From Verrucomicrobiota bacterium (lineage in GTDB: Bacteria > Verrucomicrobiota > Verrucomicrobiia > Opitutales > Seribacteraceae), in assembly GCA_027622665.1 (NCBI GenBank), contig JAQBYT010000005.1:32001-96000 (forward strand): a stretch of DNA of 64,000 nucleotides. The letters are read 5' to 3'. The translations under genes and the position numbers were made by a program. Positions within the stretch are counted from its first letter, which is position 1; each line of letters opens with the position of its first letter. The notes under the pieces were generated by a model. The model was not told where the DNA came from, ran no database searches, and was given only the letters and a program-made list of their open reading frames with translations. Shown piece by piece: positions 59,748-64,000 of the stretch.

Positions 59748-61201
59748 TTTCGTCGAGGCGCGGGCTTCGCCTTCTTCCTGAGAAATTGGATGGGACCATC
59801 GTGCTTAGGCACGACGACGGCTCGATAAGTGCCTATGCCCTGCATTTGGTTGAGAAGCCGGGTTTCGCCGAGGTCGGGATCTAAAATATGAACAAGCAAA
59901 GCGTCCTTGTCGACGACGACGGACTCGAGCTTGGGCGTGACGTACATGCTGTTTGCCCGCACGGCCACCAGCATCATGTGTTTGCCGAAGTCGATGGGCG
60001 GCTTCTGCAGCAAAGGATCCTTGCTCGGTGGGGCCGGGTTAGTCTTGGAGATCGTTTGCTTCGGGATCTTGCGAAGGAAGGCCTCGTAGTCGGTCTGCGT
60101 CTTGATGATCATTTCGGTCGGGCCGGTGTCGCGGAAGTTGTGGTCGAAACCCGTCGCCCGGATGCGCCCCTCGTAGGAGGCGACGACGGGGACACCTGGC
60201 TTGGCCTTGTTTTCGGTTTTCAGCGGCAACCAGGTGAAGCGGCCCCAGTTTCTTCTCGGCGGAACGATGGGCAATGCCTTGTCCCCGGAAGCGGAACCCA
60301 CCATGACGACGGGCGCTCCTCTCTTGGGATCGGGAAACGCTCTCGTGACAAATCCGTCGGGCGACCAAGTGGGGTCGTCCCCACGTCCTGCCTTGCGACG
60401 GTTATTGCCGTCGCTTCCGACCACCCAGACGTGAAAGGTACTCGCAATCATTTGGTCCCGCTGGGGGTGGGGAACCCCGGTGAACTTGCTCATGTGAATC
60501 ATCTCGACGCCTTCCCAATGGGCGATCCATTTTCCGTCCGGAGACCAGGCGGGCACCTTTTGCTCGAACGGCGCCTTGATCTGTTTGTGGTACTCCATCT
60601 CCGGCTTGGACACGAGCTTGGCGTCACTTCCATCCAGTGCGCTCATCCAGACCCGCATGTCGCCACTGCGGTTGGAGACGAATGCGATGCGGTCCCCTTG
60701 CGATGAAACCACCGGCATGGCGTTGCTGTGCTTCAATTGCTCCTTGTCGGTAAAGAGCCTCCGGGCCTTCCCCGTCCTGACGTTGACGAGGTGTATCTGG
60801 GCATTACGGGCCGGGTCTTGCTTTGGCTGGGGCTTCACCTTCATCCAGACCAGTTGCTCCGAGTCAGGCAACCAGGAGGGGAACAGGTTCATGCCTTCCT
60901 TGATCAGGGTGCGGACGTTTTGGCCATCGGGGTCGGAGATACGAATGGCCAACGCATGTCCAACCTGTTCCACATATGCCAACTTTGTGCCGTCGGGTGA
61001 GCAACTCGGCTGGCGACACCCGTGCTTGGATTGCGTGAGTTGCCGACTACTCGTCCCGTCCTCCTTCATCCGATAGAGTTGAAGGACACCCTTTTCATCG
61101 GCATGGCTGACGATCACTTCGCGCAACGCCGCAACGCCGAACAGTGGCGAGGTAAGTAGGCTTGTAATGAGAGCGATCGCGACAAGAGTAAATGGCTTCA
61201 T
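59744..61201 (-). CDS. Exported TolB-like (PD40) beta-propeller with a C-terminal PrcB-like domain
   Basis: SPDG repeats, IAFVSNRSG, C-terminal PPIDFGKHMMLVAV. Confidence 0.75.
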   Translation of the reverse strand: MKPFTLVAIALITSLLTSPLFGVAALREVIVSHADEKGVLQLYRMKEDGTSSRQLTQSKHGCRQPSCSPDGTKLAYVEQVGHALAIRISDPDGQNVRTLIKEGMNLFPSWLPDSEQLVWMKVKPQPKQDPARNAQIHLVNVRTGKARRLFTDKEQLKHSNAMPVVSSQGDRIAFVSNRSGDMRVWMSALDGSDAKLVSKPEMEYHKQIKAPFEQKVPAWSPDGKWIAHWEGVEMIHMSKFTGVPHPQRDQMIASTFHVWVVGSDGNNRRKAGRGDDPTWSPDGFVTRAFPDPKRGAPVVMVGSASGDKALPIVPPRRNWGRFTWLPLKTENKAKPGVPVVASYEGRIRATGFDHNFRDTGPTEMIIKTQTDYEAFLRKIPKQTISKTNPAPPSKDPLLQKPPIDFGKHMMLVAVRANSMYVTPKLESVVVDKDALLVHILDPDLGETRLLNQMQGIGTYRAVVVPKHDGPIQFLRKKAKPAPRRK

Positions 61202-61269
61202 TGCGGAATGGATGAAATCGTGGAGAAATATGGTTACCAGACTGCGCCCAAACTGTCAGTTCGAGTGAT

Positions 61270-62367
61270 TCAGTTTCCCTGATTGATTCGAATGAGTTTG
61301 CCGATCATTTGGTCGCACGTCGGATGAGAGTTGTCATCGCGGGAGTTCGTTGCCACCAGAAAAGCGCGGTCCAGCTGGGGAGCCACCCAGACGAGGGCGT
61401 ACCACATGGTGTTGCTTCCGCTGTGGTTCAGCACGGTGCCTTTCCCCCAAGGGCGCTTGGTCACTCTCCAGCCACCTGCATAGTTGCCCGTGGGCGTAAT
61501 CAATTTGTCCAAGATCTTGCGGTCCAGCCCGAGGTTCTTGCCACCTGGCAGTTGCATGGCGAGGAACTTCCCCCAATCCGCAAAGGATGCGTGCACGCGA
61601 CCGGCCGGGCCCAAGGCTTCCGCATTGTCGAATTGGCGGGGACGCCAGCCCTCACCGGAGCGAACGTGACCCCACGGCTGCTCCGTCTTCCCTAAAACGC
61701 CCGGAGGACCAAAGCCGGCCGAGTCCATGCCAAGCGGATCGAAGATGCGTTTTCGCATCAAGGACTCCCAAGTCGAGCCGGTGACCTTTTCCGCCATGCA
61801 TCCGGCGATCAAGTACCCCAAGTTGGAATAGTGATACTCCCCCTGCTTGCTGGTCGGCGCCTCCTTGAGGTTCTCCTGGAGGATCGCCAGGCGTCTTTTC
61901 TTAAGCTCCATCTTGCCGTGGGCCCACCAGTTCGCTGCGTTGGCCTCCACTCCCGCCCGATGGGTGAGCAATTGCCAGACGGTGATGGCGTGATAGTCAG
62001 GATGTATCTTACCCTTGAGCTCGGGCAGGACGTCGATCAATGAGGTCTCCCACGTGAGTTTGCCCTCGGCGATCAAGGTGGCCAGCAAGACGGAGGTCAT
62101 GGCCTTGGTGCAGGAACCCAAATGAATATGATCCTGCTCCGTCAGTTTCGTATCGGCTTCGATCTTGCGAACCCCGGCGGACCCGATCGCGAGGACTCCT
62201 TTCGAGGAAGTGATCGCGGCTACCATCCCCGGGACTTTCTCTTGGGCCACTGTTTCTACGAGAGCCTCTTGAATCTTCTTGAATTGCGCCTGTTCCTGAG
62301 ACGTCTCCGGATAGGCTGTTTGGATCAGCAAAAACAGCGGTACGATAGAGATTAGCTTCTTAGGCAT
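61270..62367 (-). CDS. Serine hydrolase, beta-lactamase class C-like family
   Basis: GSCTK (SxxK), LLTHRAG, YSNLGY, HSGSN. Confidence 0.9.
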   Translation of the reverse strand: MPKKLISIVPLFLLIQTAYPETSQEQAQFKKIQEALVETVAQEKVPGMVAAITSSKGVLAIGSAGVRKIEADTKLTEQDHIHLGSCTKAMTSVLLATLIAEGKLTWETSLIDVLPELKGKIHPDYHAITVWQLLTHRAGVEANAANWWAHGKMELKKRRLAILQENLKEAPTSKQGEYHYSNLGYLIAGCMAEKVTGSTWESLMRKRIFDPLGMDSAGFGPPGVLGKTEQPWGHVRSGEGWRPRQFDNAEALGPAGRVHASFADWGKFLAMQLPGGKNLGLDRKILDKLITPTGNYAGGWRVTKRPWGKGTVLNHSGSNTMWYALVWVAPQLDRAFLVATNSRDDNSHPTCDQMIGKLIRINQGN

Positions 62368-62377
62368 TACGAAAAAC

Positions 62378-62803
62378 TTATATCTTATAGACATTCCTCG
62401 TCATTTTAACATGCGGGATGCCAGCCTCCAAGAACTCTGGGCCAACCTTATTAAAACTGCACTTCTCATAGAAGGAAATCGCATGAGCCTGAGCGTGCAA
62501 GAAAACCTCTCGAAAATTTTCCTTTTCCGCCGTTTCCAGAAGAGCTTGCAGCATCTTCTCCCCTGTACCTTGCCCTCTCCATGAATCCAGAACGGCAAGG
62601 CGTCCAATTTTTCCATCCGGTTGCATTCTACCGGTTCCGATCGGATTGTCATCATCATCAGTTGCCACTACCTGAATGGACTGACTGTCCTTTCCGTCCC
62701 AATCAACTTCTCTCTCAACATTCTGTTCCTCTCCGAATACGATATCGCGTATGAAACGAATCTCTTTCTCGGCGTCTCTGAAAGAACGGATTGTGACGTC
62801 CAT
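62378..62803 (-). CDS. GNAT acetyltransferase (ElaA/YjcF-like)
   Basis: IRDIVFGEEQ, IGRLAV..RGQGTG, LHAQ..FY..EAGIPHVKM. Confidence 0.92.
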   Translation of the reverse strand: MDVTIRSFRDAEKEIRFIRDIVFGEEQNVEREVDWDGKDSQSIQVVATDDDDNPIGTGRMQPDGKIGRLAVLDSWRGQGTGEKMLQALLETAEKENFREVFLHAQAHAISFYEKCSFNKVGPEFLEAGIPHVKMTRNVYKI

Positions 62804-62818
62804 GAATTGAATACCCTG

Positions 62819-63802
62819 CTACGGGAATCGTCTTGGGCGAGGAGGAGGTCTGTGGCGATGGCCGTCGGAATGGGGAGGGCCACCTCTCAGTTTTAGTGGG
62901 GTTGCCTTGAAGTTTCGCGGTATTACCGGCCATCCTTCCGTTAGGAAATAGGCATAGGTTCCTTCGGGGTACTCTGCGGTAATGGTAAAGCGACCGTTGC
63001 ATTCGTCCAAATCTCCGGCTCCCTCGACGTATTCGTAATCCTTGGCAAAGGTTCCATCATACTTTCCGCCGGGATCCCGAGCAGATCGCGGGCGCATTCC
63101 TTTCTTAAACTTGTAGCTGCTTTTGAGTTTCTCGATCAATGACTTCGAGTCCTTCGGATCCTTGAACCCGTAAAGGGAATAAATAGGGTAACCATCCATT
63201 GCATAGCCAATCAAGGGGGAGTGCTCTTTGTCATTCACCTTAAGTGCCTCGAGCAAGCCTTTGGGCAAGCCATGGTAATGGTACGCTCCGTTCGGTTGCA
63301 CGTGTGCGTTATTGGCGTCCACGCCTAGTGGAACGGCTCCGCTTAGGGCCTCGTAATTCCAATCGGAGCGGCGATCCCCATTGTAGAACTCGGCCGTACC
63401 CGGATCGAAGAGCACTCCGTTTATCGCAATGCCAAATGGCGTGTTCGGAGGACCGAATCCAGTGTCATTGTGAAGTGGCGTAATGTTGCGACTCGCTTGC
63501 TGATTGGCCCGGACGACGAAATCATATGCCTGCTCGCTGATCGTGTGTGGGTTCCCTCGGTTGGGAAATCGCCCGACCTTGTGCCTAGGGATACCATTGG
63601 CCTCGACCTTTATTTCCTTATGTCCTTTTTCAAAAGTGCTCTTGCTTTCAAACCGAGGGGGTTTCCTTGCAGGAACCGGATGCCATTCCTTCTTTTGCGT
63701 TATGGTGTGCTTCCGCATGGGGGGTCTCCCTCGACCTGGTTGTTGGGCGGAAAGCGAGCAGGAAACCTGAAGTGTCGTAATAACAATCCACAAGGGTTTC
63801 AA
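62819..63802 (-). CDS. YHYH domain exported protein
   Basis: ANGIP.H, GIAINGV, AHVQPNGAYHYHG, GYAMDGYPIY, GDLDECNG. Confidence 0.9.
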   Translation of the reverse strand: MKPLWIVITTLQVSCSLSAQQPGRGRPPMRKHTITQKKEWHPVPARKPPRFESKSTFEKGHKEIKVEANGIPRHKVGRFPNRGNPHTISEQAYDFVVRANQQASRNITPLHNDTGFGPPNTPFGIAINGVLFDPGTAEFYNGDRRSDWNYEALSGAVPLGVDANNAHVQPNGAYHYHGLPKGLLEALKVNDKEHSPLIGYAMDGYPIYSLYGFKDPKDSKSLIEKLKSSYKFKKGMRPRSARDPGGKYDGTFAKDYEYVEGAGDLDECNGRFTITAEYPEGTYAYFLTEGWPVIPRNFKATPLKLRGGPPHSDGHRHRPPPRPRRFP

Positions 63803-64000
63803 AGATCGAATGGTTTGCCGTATGATGATTGTTTCTCTTTTAGGGTTATTATGGCTCTTTGCAAAGTATCAAACGAGGTCGCTAAGACAAAGTTGCATTC
63901 GATTTCCGTTTCTTGATGGCAAAAGCGACTCCATTGGCTGCAAAGCCTCAAACAAGGAGGGTTACGATAAATGGAATGCTGCCCACAACCCCTGTTCGGC

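Noticed and set aside
1..64000. tRNA, rRNA, Moco or yybP-ykoY riboswitches
   Set aside because: None recognised by eye in the intergenic regions; an Infernal/Rfam scan would be needed to exclude them.

Overview
Chromosomal window from a Gram-negative PVC-superphylum bacterium, most likely a marine Verrucomicrobiota/Opitutales. This rests on DUF1501, DUF1549/1553, a PVC-type CxxCH protein, sulfatases and a Trp/Gly/Tyr-rich C-terminal domain. I could not support any rRNA, tRNA, CRISPR array or intact mobile element. The left half is rich in metal, oxyanion and redox genes: modB plus a tandem two-domain ModA and a HesA-type E1 enzyme; a DUF3570-apbE-DUF4266 flavinylation operon with an extra Ig-domain protein carrying a TGAT motif; a compact PhoBR-OprP-Na/Pi-ArsC module; an ABC/FtsX plus two-DUF3299 operon; and a Cys-motif protein-FtsX-ABC-MoaD operon. 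The middle has a TroR-regulated troABCD operon whose TroC is fused to a second DtxR domain (as in Chlamydia YtgCR). It is followed by a CxxC/PPPR leader-like ORF in front of a Met/His-rich beta-barrel. The right half holds a decayed ECF-sigma/sulfatase/GH127 tract, hydrolases, heme and PQQ proteins, and a beta-barrel gene whose 71-bp promoter is a 62/71 ungapped copy of the tro promoter/operator. Best candidates for undescribed biology: (1) the split HesA/double-ModA plus MoaD/FtsX/Cys-protein system, (2) the TroR-coregulated outer-membrane channel, (3) a CruR-like metal-sensing leader ORF, (4) a flavinylated surface Ig protein. All family assignments come from motif recognition; no searches were run.
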